Part shown: one piece after another, positions 35,452-45,501 of the stretch | How the letters are laid out: the number at the start of each line of letters is the position of its first letter | Position numbering within the stretch: the stretch's first letter is position 1 | Assembly: GCA_017880775.1 (NCBI GenBank) | Contig: JADGRQ010000006.1 | Location: 88,047 to 152,046 of the forward strand | Reading direction: 5' to 3' | Origin: Burkholderiales bacterium | GTDB taxonomy: Bacteria; Pseudomonadota; Gammaproteobacteria; Burkholderiales; SG8-39 | DNA: 64,000 nt | Notes under the pieces: generated by a model | Databases searched by the model: none | What the model saw: the letters and a program-made list of their open reading frames with translations, nothing else | What the model was told of the DNA's origin: nothing | Made by a program: the position numbers and the translations under genes

Positions 35452-36432
35452 TTACGATCGGCTCGCGAGCGGCAGGTTGACCAGCAGGTTCTGCGGCTTC
35501 ATGCGCACGAGCTCTGCGGCGTTCGCCGACAGGCCGAGGTAGACCGGCCGCCCGGCGATTTCAGCGCGCATGTCCGCCGCGTCGGCGAAATCCATCCGGA
35601 ACAGCGCAAGCACGCGGCGCATCCGCCCGGTCTCGACCCCCACGGCGTTCCACAAATCGTTGAGGATTGCCGTCGATTCCGCGTCCAGGCCGATGTGCCA
35701 GGCCCAGCGCGGCTCTTCGATCTTCGCCAGCGACGTTACGCTGACCCGAACGCCGGTGAAATGCGCGACCCATTGCTCGATCACCCGGCAATACTCTTCC
35801 AGCGGCGCCTGGCCATGATTGAATCCGATCACGGTGTCGTGGCGCGAATCGCGCTGCCAGTAGAGCGCCGCATTCGCGCGGTCGAGCACGTCGAGATCGA
35901 CGCGACCCAGCGAACCCTGCGCCTCGACGACCAGTTTGCCGAGGCTGCCGTACGCATCGCCGGTCGCATGCATTTCGACGGTTTCCTGGTCCGCGAGCAG
36001 GATCTGCCCGTCCTTCAGACTCGCCTTCTGGTCGCGGAAAAACAGTTCCGCCGAGCGCAGACGCAGCGGCTCATCGCAGCCCTCGAGCAGGTTGCGCAGG
36101 ATCACGTGCACGAGCTGCGCGATGAACAGCGGCGGGGTATCGACGTCGCCGGAGCCGAACAGCCCGGCGTAGCAGGCCTCGATCGTGGCCGCGGCGGCCA
36201 GCCGGTTGCGGAAACGCAGCGTGACGCGATAGTTGTCGCGCGCATCGGGATCGCGCAACGCATCGAGCTCGGCAGGGGTGACCGCGCGCCGCGGATCGTC
36301 CATCAGTGCCGCGTGCAGCGCGCGCTCCGCGTCGCAGGATTCCTCTACCGGATGGATTTCGGGCCGCAGCCAGTACGCGCGCAGGAAATCGCCGGTGACC
36401 ACCAGCCGCCCCGACGAGTCCTTATCGAGCAA
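35452..36432 (-). CDS. conserved hypothetical protein
   Basis: 326 aa with codon usage like the core genome and no motif I can assign. It lies immediately downstream of the HNH gene. Confidence 0.6.
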   Translation of the reverse strand: MLDKDSSGRLVVTGDFLRAYWLRPEIHPVEESCDAERALHAALMDDPRRAVTPAELDALRDPDARDNYRVTLRFRNRLAAAATIEACYAGLFGSGDVDTPPLFIAQLVHVILRNLLEGCDEPLRLRSAELFFRDQKASLKDGQILLADQETVEMHATGDAYGSLGKLVVEAQGSLGRVDLDVLDRANAALYWQRDSRHDTVIGFNHGQAPLEEYCRVIEQWVAHFTGVRVSVTSLAKIEEPRWAWHIGLDAESTAILNDLWNAVGVETGRMRRVLALFRMDFADAADMRAEIAGRPVYLGLSANAAELVRMKPQNLLVNLPLASRS

Positions 36433-36457
36433 GTGGTAGCCGCTGTTGCGCCAGAAA

Positions 36458-37036
36458 TCACGCAGGCGCGAGGATGAGGCGCGAATGCGAAGCGACGTGC
36501 TGCTTCAGGAAATCCATCTGGTCGGCGAAGATCCGGCGGTTCGTCAGGATCAGGAACTCCGCCTTGTTCGGCACATACGGCGCGTACAGCAGCTCGATGC
36601 CCGATTCCTCGGGCGTGCGGTTGCGCTTGTGGCCGTTGCAGTGCCGGCACGCGGTCACCACGTTCATCCAGGTGTCGCGGCCGCCGCGCGACAGCGGGCG
36701 GATGTGGTCGCGCGTCAGGCGCAGAAACGAGAACTCGCCGCCGCAGTACGCGCAGATCTGGCGGTCGCGGCGGAACAACTCGCGATTGCTGAGCGGCGGG
36801 GTCTGGTTGAATCCACGCGCGGCCATCGCCTTGCCCCGCACCGCGATGATCGAGTGTGCGGTGATGCTCGAGCGCTCACCGGTGAGGCGCGACATGCCGC
36901 CGCGGAACGTGAACGTGCGATCACCCATGGTCCACGCGACCAGGTTCTTCGCGTAGTAAAAGCAGGCCTGCTGCCAGCTGATCCAGCGGTGGGGCACACC
37001 GTTCTGGTCGAGCGACAGGATCAGCGGACTTTCCAT
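36458..37036 (-). CDS. HNH endonuclease-domain protein
   Basis: 192 aa with CAYCGG...DHIRPLSRGGRDTWMNVVTACRHCNGHK (a CxxC...H-N-H...CxxC zinc-finger HNH). Confidence 0.8.
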   Translation of the reverse strand: MESPLILSLDQNGVPHRWISWQQACFYYAKNLVAWTMGDRTFTFRGGMSRLTGERSSITAHSIIAVRGKAMAARGFNQTPPLSNRELFRRDRQICAYCGGEFSFLRLTRDHIRPLSRGGRDTWMNVVTACRHCNGHKRNRTPEESGIELLYAPYVPNKAEFLILTNRRIFADQMDFLKQHVASHSRLILAPA

Positions 37037-37149
37037 ATGTATATGGTGCTTAGATCAGGTTGTGCGGTGCACACTGTGCGATTCTGCCGAATCCGGAGAC
37101 ACTTGGCAACGGGCCTTCACGCTGCGCCTGAGGAAACGGCGCGAGCCCG

Positions 37150-37440
37150 CTAACGGCGTCGATCGACGGCCTCGCGAAACGCCTGTCCAGGCGTGAAGGC
37201 CGGGACCGTCTTGGCGGGTATGCGGATTTCAGAGCCGTTGCCGGGATTGCGCCCATTGCGACCGTTGCGCTTGCGCGGCACGAACGCCCCGAACCCGACC
37301 AGGGCCACCCGGTTGCCGCGCGCCACGCTGGTCACGATCGTGTCGAACACCGCGTTCACCGCGACCGACGCTGCCGACTTGCTGATTCCCCCCGCCTTGG
37401 CCGCTGCCTCGATGAGCTCGGCCTTCGTGATGACTGACAT
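37150..37440 (-). CDS. HU-family DNA-binding protein
   Basis: 96 aa with KAELIEAAAK, VALVGFGAF and RNGRNPGNGSEIRIPA (beta-arm), then VPAFTPGQAFREAV. Confidence 0.85.
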   Translation of the reverse strand: MSVITKAELIEAAAKAGGISKSAASVAVNAVFDTIVTSVARGNRVALVGFGAFVPRKRNGRNGRNPGNGSEIRIPAKTVPAFTPGQAFREAVDRRR

Positions 37441-37635
37441 GTTCTGTTCCCTGATCCCGCGCTCCCACGCGAACGCGCATCATAGCGACGCAGTTAAGCG
37501 AATACAATCCTGCGCGCGCATGCCGCGTGAACATTTTCTCAATGCGCTGCATCGTTGCAGCGCACATCGTGGAAGCGCATGGATCGGCACGCCGCTTGCC
37601 CGGAACTAGAATCATTCTTGCTTCGCCCTTCGTCC

Positions 37636-39222
37636 ATGTCGCCTGCGCCCAACACGCTTTCGCGCCTGCTTGCAGCCCGCGCCCAACTCGCGTCGCCAGC
37701 GCTGATCGAACGCGACCGTCCGGTCGCTTATGCCGCGCTCGCCGAAGAAGCCAAACGCGTCGCGGCGGGATTCGCTCGCTTGGGGCTGGGGCGCGGCGAC
37801 CGCGTCGCATTGTGGCTGCCGAACGTGCCCGCGTGGCTCGCGTGCTTTTTCGCCTGCGCGCGGCTCGGCGCGATCGCGGTTTCGGTCAACACCCGCTTTC
37901 GCAGCGATGAAGTCGCCGACATCGTCGGGCGCTCGGGCGCTCGGCTGCTGGTGTTCTGGCCCGGCTTCAAGGGCATCGATTTCGCGGGCATCCTTGCCGC
38001 GTGCGACGCCGCGGCGCTCGCGCGGCTGGAGCAGATGGTGGCCTATAGCGAGGATGGTGCCGCCCAGCCCGCGGCCATGCTCGGCAAGCCCAGCGTCGCT
38101 TACGCCGAACTCGCAGCGATCGCGCCGCTCGAACAGGATTTCTCGCGTCCGGGCGACGGGTGCGTGATCTTCACCACCTCGGGCACCACCCGGGCGCCGA
38201 AATTCGTGTTGCACGACCAGCAGACGCTGATGCGCCACGGGGCGGATGTGGTCGAGGCTTTTCGCATCGGCGCAGACAGCGTGGTGCTCCTCGCCCCGCC
38301 GCTGTGCGGCATCTTCGGCTTCTGCTCTTTCATGGCGGCGCTCTCGGCCGGGCGGCCCCTGGTGATGTCGCCCGCGTGGAACGCAGCCGGCGCGGCACGC
38401 CTGATCGACGCGCATCGCGTCACGCACATCAATGCGACGGACGAGGCCGTGGAGCAGCTGCTGGCGCAGAGCGCGGATGAAATGCCGTTCCGCAGCCTGT
38501 CCTTCATCGGCTACGCTGCCTTCAATCCGTTGCTGGGCGACATCGTCGCGCGCGCCGCGAAGCGCGGCGTGCGCCTCGTCGGCCTGTACGGCGCGAGTGA
38601 AGTCCAGGCGCTGTTCTCCAGGCAAAGCGAATCGGACAGCATCGAGGGACGCTCGCTCGCCGGCGGCAGGCCGGTGAACCCGGCGGCACGGGTGCGCGCG
38701 CGCGACCCGGACTCGGGCCAGGTGCTGCCGCATGGCGAATCCGGGGAACTCGAATTCCATGCTGCGAGCCGCATGCAGGGCTACTTTGCAGATCCGGAAG
38801 CTACGCGCGATGCGTTCACCGGCGACGGCTACTATCGCTCGGGAGACCTCGGCTACACCACCCGCGACGGCCGCTTCGTCTATCTCACACGCATCAACGA
38901 CTCGCTGCGGCTCGGCGGATTTCTGGTGAGCCCGCTCGAGATCGAAGGCGTGGTGCAGGAGCACTCCGGCGTTGCCGCCTGCCAGGTGGTCGGCGTGCCG
39001 CGTCCCGAAGGATTGAAACCGGTGGCGTTCGTGATCCTGAAGCCCGGTGCCGCGCTCGATGAATCCGCAATTCTCGCGTACGTCGCCGCGAGGCTCGCGA
39101 AGTACAAGGTGCCGGCGCGCGTATTCGCAGTGGGCGAATTTCCGGTCACCCCCGGGGCGAACGCGACCAAGATCCAGAAGCACAAGCTGCGTGATGAAGC
39201 CGAACGACGGATGACCAAGTGA
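37636..39222 (+). CDS. AMP-dependent acyl-CoA synthetase/ligase
   Basis: AMP-binding motifs IFTTSGTTRAPKFV, YGASE, YRSGDLG and KYKVP. Start set at MSPAPNTL; track ORF 37555 is an upstream alternative. Confidence 0.8.
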   Translation: MSPAPNTLSRLLAARAQLASPALIERDRPVAYAALAEEAKRVAAGFARLGLGRGDRVALWLPNVPAWLACFFACARLGAIAVSVNTRFRSDEVADIVGRSGARLLVFWPGFKGIDFAGILAACDAAALARLEQMVAYSEDGAAQPAAMLGKPSVAYAELAAIAPLEQDFSRPGDGCVIFTTSGTTRAPKFVLHDQQTLMRHGADVVEAFRIGADSVVLLAPPLCGIFGFCSFMAALSAGRPLVMSPAWNAAGAARLIDAHRVTHINATDEAVEQLLAQSADEMPFRSLSFIGYAAFNPLLGDIVARAAKRGVRLVGLYGASEVQALFSRQSESDSIEGRSLAGGRPVNPAARVRARDPDSGQVLPHGESGELEFHAASRMQGYFADPEATRDAFTGDGYYRSGDLGYTTRDGRFVYLTRINDSLRLGGFLVSPLEIEGVVQEHSGVAACQVVGVPRPEGLKPVAFVILKPGAALDESAILAYVAARLAKYKVPARVFAVGEFPVTPGANATKIQKHKLRDEAERRMTK

Positions 39223-39247
39223 ACTTCGGATCTGCGAACGCGTCCGC

Positions 39248-40927
39248 TCACGTCGCAACCCCTCCCCTGTGCGTCACCGCACCGCGGTTTGCCGGACCGA
39301 CCAGCGCTGCGTATTTCTCCAGCACGCCGGTGAGCGGCGCGCGCTGCGGCGGCCGCCACTCGCTCTTGCGCCGCGCGAGTTCCTCATCCGAAACGTCGAG
39401 ATCGATGGTTCCCGCCTGCGCGTCGATCACGATGCGTTCGCCTTCGCGCACCAGCGCGATCGGTCCGCCGTCGCAGGCTTCGGGGCAGCAGTAGCCGATC
39501 ATCATGCCGCGCGTCGCGCCCGAGAAGCGCCCGTCGGTCAGCAGCGCCACCTTCTCGCCCATCCCCTGCCCATACAGCAGCGCCGTGATGCCGAGCATCT
39601 CGCGCATGCCCGGCCCGCCCCTGGGCCCTTCGTAGCGGATCACCAGCACGTCGCCCGCCGCGTAGTTGCGCTTGCGCACCACGTCCGCGCAGGCTTCCTC
39701 GGAATCGAACACCCGCGCGGATCCTTCGAACCGGAGCGCCTTCAGGCCGGCCACCTTGATCAGCGCGCCCTGCGGCGCGAGGTTGCCCTTCAACACCACC
39801 AGGCCGCCGGTTGCGAGGATCGGCTCGCGGCGCACGACTTCACCGTCCGCCGCGGGAGCGGAGGAAAGCCAGTCTGCAATCGTCTGCCCCGACAACGTGA
39901 GGCAGTCGCCATGCAGTGCGCCGCGCGCCAGCAACTCTTTGAGCACCGCAGCCACGCCGCCGGCCGCGTGCAGGTCGCGCGCCAGGAAGCGCCCGCCCGG
40001 CTTCATGTCGGCAATCAGCGGCGTGCGGCCGGCAACGCGGGCGAAGTCGTCCAGCGTGAATTCAATTCCCGCCTCGTGCGCGATCGCCGGAATATGCAGC
40101 GCCGCGTTAGTCGAGCCTCCGGTCGCGGCGACCGCCGCGCAGGCGTTCTCCAGGCTGGCGCGCGTCACCAGTTCGCGCGGCAGCGGCCCGCCGCGCTCCA
40201 GGATGCGCATCACGCTGCGGCCTGCCTCCTGCGCGAGGCGCGCGCGCTGGGGATCCACCGCCGGCAGCGTTGCGCTGCCGGGCGGCGCGAGCCCGAGCGT
40301 CTCACCGACCATCGCCATGGTGTTCGCGCTGAACTGGCCCGGGCAGGACCCTATCGTCGGAAGGCATGCGCGCTCCAGTTCGTCGAGCTCCGCCTGCTGC
40401 ATGTCGCCCGCCATCACCGCACCCACCGCTTCGTAGGTGTCCAACACCGTCACGTCCTTGCCGCGCCACCTCCCCGGCAACGCTGCGCCGCCATATACGA
40501 ACACCGCCGGCAGATTCAGCCGCACCATCGCCATCATCATTCCGGGCAGCGTCTTGTCGCAGCCGGCGAAAGTCACCAGCCCATCGTAGGCGTGACCGCG
40601 CACCACCGCCTCGACGCCATCGGCGATGATTTCGCGCGACACCAGCGAAAAGCGCATGCCGCCGTGGTTCATCGACATCGAGTCGGCCACCGAAATCGAG
40701 GTGAATTCGAACGGCGTTCCGCCCGCCTCAGTGATGGAGGCTGCAGCCTGCGCCGCCTGAATACCCAATCCCGCGTTGCACGGTGTGACGTTGCCCTGCG
40801 TCGTGACGACGCCGATGAACGGCTTCCCGATGTCGCCGTCGGTCAAGCCTAGGCCGCGCAGGAACGCGCGATGCGGCGCACGGTCGAGACCTTCGACCGT
40901 GATGCGCGAGACGAGCTTGCGGGTCAT
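39248..40927 (-). CDS. IlvD/Edd-family dehydratase (dihydroxy-acid or sugar-acid dehydratase)
   Basis: 559 aa with [22 protein letters not shown] (Fe-S Cys) and [14 protein letters not shown]. Whether it is the housekeeping ilvD cannot be decided from sequence alone. Confidence 0.8.
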   Translation of the reverse strand: MTRKLVSRITVEGLDRAPHRAFLRGLGLTDGDIGKPFIGVVTTQGNVTPCNAGLGIQAAQAAASITEAGGTPFEFTSISVADSMSMNHGGMRFSLVSREIIADGVEAVVRGHAYDGLVTFAGCDKTLPGMMMAMVRLNLPAVFVYGGAALPGRWRGKDVTVLDTYEAVGAVMAGDMQQAELDELERACLPTIGSCPGQFSANTMAMVGETLGLAPPGSATLPAVDPQRARLAQEAGRSVMRILERGGPLPRELVTRASLENACAAVAATGGSTNAALHIPAIAHEAGIEFTLDDFARVAGRTPLIADMKPGGRFLARDLHAAGGVAAVLKELLARGALHGDCLTLSGQTIADWLSSAPAADGEVVRREPILATGGLVVLKGNLAPQGALIKVAGLKALRFEGSARVFDSEEACADVVRKRNYAAGDVLVIRYEGPRGGPGMREMLGITALLYGQGMGEKVALLTDGRFSGATRGMMIGYCCPEACDGGPIALVREGERIVIDAQAGTIDLDVSDEELARRKSEWRPPQRAPLTGVLEKYAALVGPANRGAVTHRGGVAT

Positions 40928-40989
40928 GCAACCAGTCTAGCGCAACCCGATCCGCGTCCGCGGCCTCAGGTTTGCGCGGCAGCGGCCGA

Positions 40990-41991
40990 TCAGTCGATCC
41001 GGATGCCGGCCTGCTTGAACAGCTTGCCGTAGCGCGCGAGCTGCTCGCGCGTCGCCTCTCCGAGTTCTTCGGGCGAAGAGGCACGCACGGTGAATCCCTG
41101 CGCCACCAGCTTTTCGCGCACGTCGGGCGCATTCGCCGCCTTCGCCACCTCGGCGTTCAACCGCGCGACGATGTCCTTCGGCGTGCCCGCCGGCGCGACG
41201 ATGGCGAAAAAGGAGTTGAACTCGAATCCCGGCAGGCCGGATTCCGAGATCGTCGGCGTGTCCGGAAACAGCGGCGAGCGCCTGCTGCTCGCGATGCCTA
41301 TCAGTTTCAGCTTGCCGCCCTTGATCATCGAGAACACAGTCGGCAGGCCGGAGAAATGCACCTCCACCTGCCCCGAAGCCGCGTCCAGCGCGGCCGCGGT
41401 CGCGCCGCGATACGGAATGTGCGTCATGTGCACGCCCGCGCCCGACTTGAACACTTCCATCGCGATGTGCTGCGGACTGCCGTTGCCCCCCGAGGAGTAG
41501 TTGAGCGCACCGGGCTTCGCCTTGGCTGCGGCGATCACGTCGCCCGCATTCCTCAACGGCGAAGACGGCGGCACCACCAGCGCCCACTCCATCGTCGACA
41601 CCAGCGACACCGGCTCGAAGTCCTTGAGGATGTCCCAGGGCATCTTCGCGCGCAGGTTGGGCAGCATGGTCATGATGCTGTCGTTGAAGCCGCCGATGGT
41701 GTAGCCGTCAGGCGCGGCCCTCGCGACCTTCTCCGCGCCGATCAGGCCCGCGGCCCCCGGCTGGTTCTCGATCACGATCGTCTGGCCCATGTTCTCTGAC
41801 ATGCGTTGCGCGACCACGCGTGCCGCGTTGTCCACAGCGCTGGCTGCCTGCAGCGGCACCAGCATCAGGATGGGCTTGCGCGGGAAGCCGGCCTGCGCGA
41901 AGGCAGCTGCGCTGCACGCGGCAAGCGCGATGCCCAGCACGAGTCGCGCGAGCTTCGTTGCGCCCGATTCCATGCTTTCTCCCGCCGTCAT
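40990..41991 (-). CDS. Bug-family (TctC-like) periplasmic tripartite tricarboxylate transporter substrate-binding protein
   Basis: 333 aa with a signal peptide. The FPRKPILMLVP...IENQPGAAGLIGAEKVARAAPDGYTIG pattern is typical of Bug proteins. The ATGA overlap with the upstream amidohydrolase stop supports this start. Confidence 0.8.
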   Translation of the reverse strand: MTAGESMESGATKLARLVLGIALAACSAAAFAQAGFPRKPILMLVPLQAASAVDNAARVVAQRMSENMGQTIVIENQPGAAGLIGAEKVARAAPDGYTIGGFNDSIMTMLPNLRAKMPWDILKDFEPVSLVSTMEWALVVPPSSPLRNAGDVIAAAKAKPGALNYSSGGNGSPQHIAMEVFKSGAGVHMTHIPYRGATAAALDAASGQVEVHFSGLPTVFSMIKGGKLKLIGIASSRRSPLFPDTPTISESGLPGFEFNSFFAIVAPAGTPKDIVARLNAEVAKAANAPDVREKLVAQGFTVRASSPEELGEATREQLARYGKLFKQAGIRID

Positions 41992-42977
41992 TCGCCGAGC
42001 AGGCGCAGCGCGGTGCGATGGCAGATGTCGGCGCGCTCGGGATCGCTCAAGCGCGGCACCTCTTCGAGAGTTTCCGCCGGGCCGGCGTCGCCCATGTCGA
42101 ACGGCGAATCCGATCCGAGCACGATGCGCGCCGATCCCACCAGGTCGATCAGGAAGCGCAATGCCTGCGGTTCATGCGTGATGGTGTCAAAGTAAAAGCG
42201 CCCGAGCAACGCCCTTGGCGACATGCCGGAGTCCGCGCGCGTCTCTGGGCGCGCTGCGTGACCGTGCGCAAGCCGCCCGATCTGGTAGGGCAGAAACCCG
42301 CCGCCGTGCGCGAGCAACATCTTCAGTTGCGGGAGTTCATCGAGCGCCCCCGAGTACATCAGCTTCGCCGCCATGATCGCCGTCTCGAGCGGGTTGCCGA
42401 TGATGTTGCCGAGGTAGTAGCAGTCGAGCCGCGCTGCGACTGCGCCCACGGTATTCGGGTGCGCGAACACGGTCATGTTGAGTTCCTGCGCGCGCCGCAG
42501 CAGCGGCCGGAACTTCGCGTCCGCGATTTCGCCGCTCGGCACCGCGGTGGCGATCTCCACCGCCTTGAAGCCGAAGTCGCGCGCCACGCGCTCCATTTCG
42601 GCGACCGCCGCGTCCGCGTCCTGCATCGGCAGGCCGGCCATGCCGCGCAGGCGGCCGGGCTGTTCCGCGACCATCTTCGCGATGCCTTCGTTGACCAGGC
42701 GCACCGCGCGCGCGCCGTCGGCCGGCGCAAGGCTATGGAAGAAAATCTGCGGTCCGGGCGAGATTACCGAAACGTCGATCTTCTTGCGGTCCATCGATTC
42801 GAGCTTGCCTTCGGCGCTCCAGAATTCCGGCGTCAACTCGAGCCTCACCTTGCCGCGCACGAAGAAGCGCTTGCCCGCCTGCTCCTCGATGCGCGTCGCA
42901 TACAGGTCCGGATCGTCGCACATCGCCGCGATAATGCTTTCGGGGATGACGTGACTGTGGAAGTCGATGCGCTTCAT
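41988..42977 (-). CDS. amidohydrolase_2 family protein (ACMSD-like metal-dependent hydrolase/decarboxylase)
   Basis: 329 aa with the N-terminal MKRIDFHSHVIP (HxH metal site) and a C-terminal GSDSPFD. Confidence 0.7.
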   Translation of the reverse strand: MKRIDFHSHVIPESIIAAMCDDPDLYATRIEEQAGKRFFVRGKVRLELTPEFWSAEGKLESMDRKKIDVSVISPGPQIFFHSLAPADGARAVRLVNEGIAKMVAEQPGRLRGMAGLPMQDADAAVAEMERVARDFGFKAVEIATAVPSGEIADAKFRPLLRRAQELNMTVFAHPNTVGAVAARLDCYYLGNIIGNPLETAIMAAKLMYSGALDELPQLKMLLAHGGGFLPYQIGRLAHGHAARPETRADSGMSPRALLGRFYFDTITHEPQALRFLIDLVGSARIVLGSDSPFDMGDAGPAETLEEVPRLSDPERADICHRTALRLLGE

Positions 42978-43014
42978 CGTCGCGCGTACTCACGTATGGA
43001 TCGCGATATCCCGC

Positions 43015-44994
43015 TCAATCGGGCAGCGTGAACGCAACCACGGTATTGCCCAGCCTCGTGTCCATGCCCGGCGCCCCGCCGGTCGCGATCACGACAAACT
43101 GCTTGCCGGTTTTGCTCAGGCGATAGGTCATCGGCGTCGCGTGCGCACTGAAGGGCAGCCTGGTGCTCCACAGTTCCTTTCCCGACTGCGTGTCGAAGGC
43201 GCGGAACGTCTCGTCCGCGCTGGCGCCAACGAAGGCCAGTCCGGATGCAGTCTGCATGGTGCCGCCGATGACCGGCATGCCTACATCGAGCCAGGAGCCG
43301 ACCAGCGGGATGAGCGCATTCATCGAACCCAGCGGCTTGCGCCAGAGTTCGCGGCCGGTCTTGAGGTCGATGGCCATGATCGATCCCCAGGGCAGCTTGA
43401 TGCACGGAAATTTTTTCTCGGAAAAAAACATTTCGCGATGCAGCTTGTAAGGGGTGCCGTACTGGGGTGAATCAAACAGAGATAGAGAACTGTCGTCAGC
43501 CTCGGCAGTCCTGCCATCCGTGCGCGGAATCAGCTTGATGACAAAAGGCAGGTTGAGGTAGGTCGTCACCAGCGTTCCGGCCTGGGGATTGATCGACCCG
43601 CTTCCCCAGTTGAAGCCGCCCATCGGGCCCGGGCTCGACAGCGTGCCTTTCAGCGAAGGCGGCGTGAACATGCCTTCGTTGCGCAGCGAGTGCAATTTCT
43701 CACTGCAACCCTTCGAGACGAACGGATAGTCGTGGAGATCCTTCTCCGTCAAACGATCCGCGAGAACGGGATTCGGCAACGTAGGGAACGGCTGGGTCGG
43801 TGAATTCCATTCACCCGGCACATCGGTGGCGGGCACCGGTCTTTCCTCGACTGGAAATATCGGCTTTCCGGTCAACCGATTGAGCAGAAAAATATGGCCT
43901 GGCTTGGTTGCGACCGCCAACGCGGGGACATTGCCCTCGTGCTCGTACAGTACCGGTTGGCCGCCGACGTCATAGTCCCAGAGATCGTGGTGCACCGTCT
44001 GGAAGCTCCATACCACCTTGCCGCTGGCGGCGTCCAGCGCAACCACCGATGAGCCGTAGGTATCGATGTCCCGTCGCGCACCTTTGAAATAATCCAGAGG
44101 GGCGTTGCCGGTCGGCAGGTAGATCAGCCCGCGTTCGAGATCGGCCGACATGAACGACCAGACGTTCGGCGTGCCGCGCGTGAAAGTCTTGCCTGCCGCC
44201 GCGTCTTCCGCCGTGACCGGCTGCATTCCCGGCCCCACGGGGTCCCAGGCCCAGACCAGCTTGCCGGACCGGACATCCCAGGCCCGCACCACGCCACCCG
44301 CGATGTCCTTGCGGAAGTCGTCACGCACGCCCGACCCCGCGAGCACCAGATCGTTGATGACCAGAGGCGGTGCGGACTGGAAGTACTCCGTCGGCTTGAT
44401 CGGCCCCAGGCCCTGCTTCATGTCCACTTCACCGTTGTTGCCGAAATCCTGGCAAGGCCGGCCGCTCTCCAGATCAAGCGCAATCAGGCGACCATCGCCA
44501 GTGGTGGAGAAGACGCGATCCCGGCAAACCGTGCTCTTGTCCGGCTCCGGCCCGCGCCAACCGGCAACGCCGCGACAGACATTGATGGGAATCGCCGGAT
44601 CAATTTTCGGATCGAAATTCCACAGCTCCCTGCCGCTCATCGGGTCGAGCGCGATGACCCGGTGCCGCGGCGTGCATAGCAGCATCCTGCCCCCGGCAAT
44701 GATCGGGGTGTTCTCCACGATCGCAGACGCGTGTGCGAAACCGGACTGACTCGATGCTCCCTTCGATGGATCGCGTCCACCGGCGGGATCCGGCGCCTGA
44801 TACGTCCAGGCGACGTGCAGACGATGGACGTTGCTCTTGTCGATCTGCGTCAGCGGCGAAAATTGTCCGCCGCCTTTTGTTCCCGTCGCCTCATCCCAGC
44901 CGGCCACGGGGCCGCTGTAATCGATTGAGCCGCCCTGGTGGCAGCCGCAAACAAGAAGCGCAGGCAGGAGCAATAGTGAATGGAGAATTCTCAT
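43015..44994 (-). CDS. PQQ-dependent dehydrogenase (quinoprotein beta-propeller, glucose/quinate-type), probable lipoprotein
   Basis: 659 aa. N-terminal signal ending LLVCGC and repeated W-containing propeller blades (GKLVWAWD, GKVVWSFQ, GRELWRKP, GKELWSTR). No adjacent CC pair of the methanol/ethanol type was seen. Confidence 0.7.
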   Translation of the reverse strand: MRILHSLLLLPALLVCGCHQGGSIDYSGPVAGWDEATGTKGGGQFSPLTQIDKSNVHRLHVAWTYQAPDPAGGRDPSKGASSQSGFAHASAIVENTPIIAGGRMLLCTPRHRVIALDPMSGRELWNFDPKIDPAIPINVCRGVAGWRGPEPDKSTVCRDRVFSTTGDGRLIALDLESGRPCQDFGNNGEVDMKQGLGPIKPTEYFQSAPPLVINDLVLAGSGVRDDFRKDIAGGVVRAWDVRSGKLVWAWDPVGPGMQPVTAEDAAAGKTFTRGTPNVWSFMSADLERGLIYLPTGNAPLDYFKGARRDIDTYGSSVVALDAASGKVVWSFQTVHHDLWDYDVGGQPVLYEHEGNVPALAVATKPGHIFLLNRLTGKPIFPVEERPVPATDVPGEWNSPTQPFPTLPNPVLADRLTEKDLHDYPFVSKGCSEKLHSLRNEGMFTPPSLKGTLSSPGPMGGFNWGSGSINPQAGTLVTTYLNLPFVIKLIPRTDGRTAEADDSSLSLFDSPQYGTPYKLHREMFFSEKKFPCIKLPWGSIMAIDLKTGRELWRKPLGSMNALIPLVGSWLDVGMPVIGGTMQTASGLAFVGASADETFRAFDTQSGKELWSTRLPFSAHATPMTYRLSKTGKQFVVIATGGAPGMDTRLGNTVVAFTLPD

Positions 44995-45027
44995 GAAACT
45001 TTTCCACTCCCGTCAGAAGCGGCTGTC

Positions 45028-45129
45028 TCAGAGAAACTCAGGCAGCCGATTGCACCGGCGGCAGAGCAATCTGGTGATCGGTGCGGCAGAGGTAAGCGTG
45101 ACCGACTGCTTGACCAGTTTTGGCATCAT
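45028..45129 (-). CDS. possible 33-codon upstream ORF in the PQQ-dehydrogenase leader
   Basis: GGAGGTCG ATG ATG CCA AAA... = MMPKLVKQSVTLTSAAPITRLLCRRCNRLPEFL*. It has a strong SD and ends 33 nt before the dehydrogenase ATG. There is no homology evidence. Confidence 0.25.
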   Translation of the reverse strand: MMPKLVKQSVTLTSAAPITRLLCRRCNRLPEFL

Positions 45130-45170
45130 CGACCTCCTGAGCAAGGCACTGACTTGAACGCGCCCAGAGA

Positions 45171-45194
45171 GCAAAAGCCCCGCTCTGGCGGGGC
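45171..45194 (-). terminator. Rho-independent terminator of the NMO-like/GT2/small-ORF operon
   Basis: GCCCCGC (45177-83), loop TCTG, GCGGGGC (45188-94). On the minus strand it is followed by TTTTG. It starts 8 nt after the stop at 45203. Confidence 0.65.
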
Positions 45195-45202
45195 CTTCCC
45201 GC

Positions 45203-45376
45203 TCAGACGGGAACTGCGTCCGGTTGCGTGTGCGGTTGCCGCTCCGGTTGCTGCTCCGGATTCGATTTCCCGGGCGGAACCAGGTTTTCAGTCGACCGCT
45301 TCAGCTTGTCGGCTTCCTCTATGGACAATCTGAAGCGCTCCGCAAGCAGTCCTTCTTCCCACCAGTCGTCACACAT
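45203..45376 (-). CDS. small hypothetical protein (57 aa)
   Basis: MCDDWWEEGLLAERFRLSIEEADKLKRSTENLVPPGKSNPEQQPERQPHTQPDAVPV. AAAGGAGA lies 7 nt upstream of the ATG at 45376 and a terminator follows immediately. The longer track ORF (to 45514) would overlap the GT2 gene end. Confidence 0.45.
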   Translation of the reverse strand: MCDDWWEEGLLAERFRLSIEEADKLKRSTENLVPPGKSNPEQQPERQPHTQPDAVPV

Positions 45377-45501
45377 GGCAAGTCTCCTTTCCGGTTGACA
45401 CGCCCGTCCTGCCCGCGCTGTTGATCGAGGTGCTCGAAGCATGCTACGCGCCACGGAAGCTGCTTTCAAGGCGGCTGTCACCGCCTCGAGCGGCTCGATA
45501 C

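Noticed and set aside
35452-37036. HNH endonuclease plus adjacent 326-aa unknown protein as a defence pair
   Set aside because: Both genes have core-genome composition and sit inside a conserved housekeeping run (hupB...alkA-accA-tilS) with no mobile-element signatures. They are more likely a conserved core function than an acquired defence system, so they are annotated but not promoted to a finding.
45028-45129. PqqA precursor peptide upstream of the quinoprotein gene
   Set aside because: The peptide lacks the conserved Glu-x3-Tyr core, and no pqqBCDE genes are nearby. It is kept only as a generic uORF candidate.
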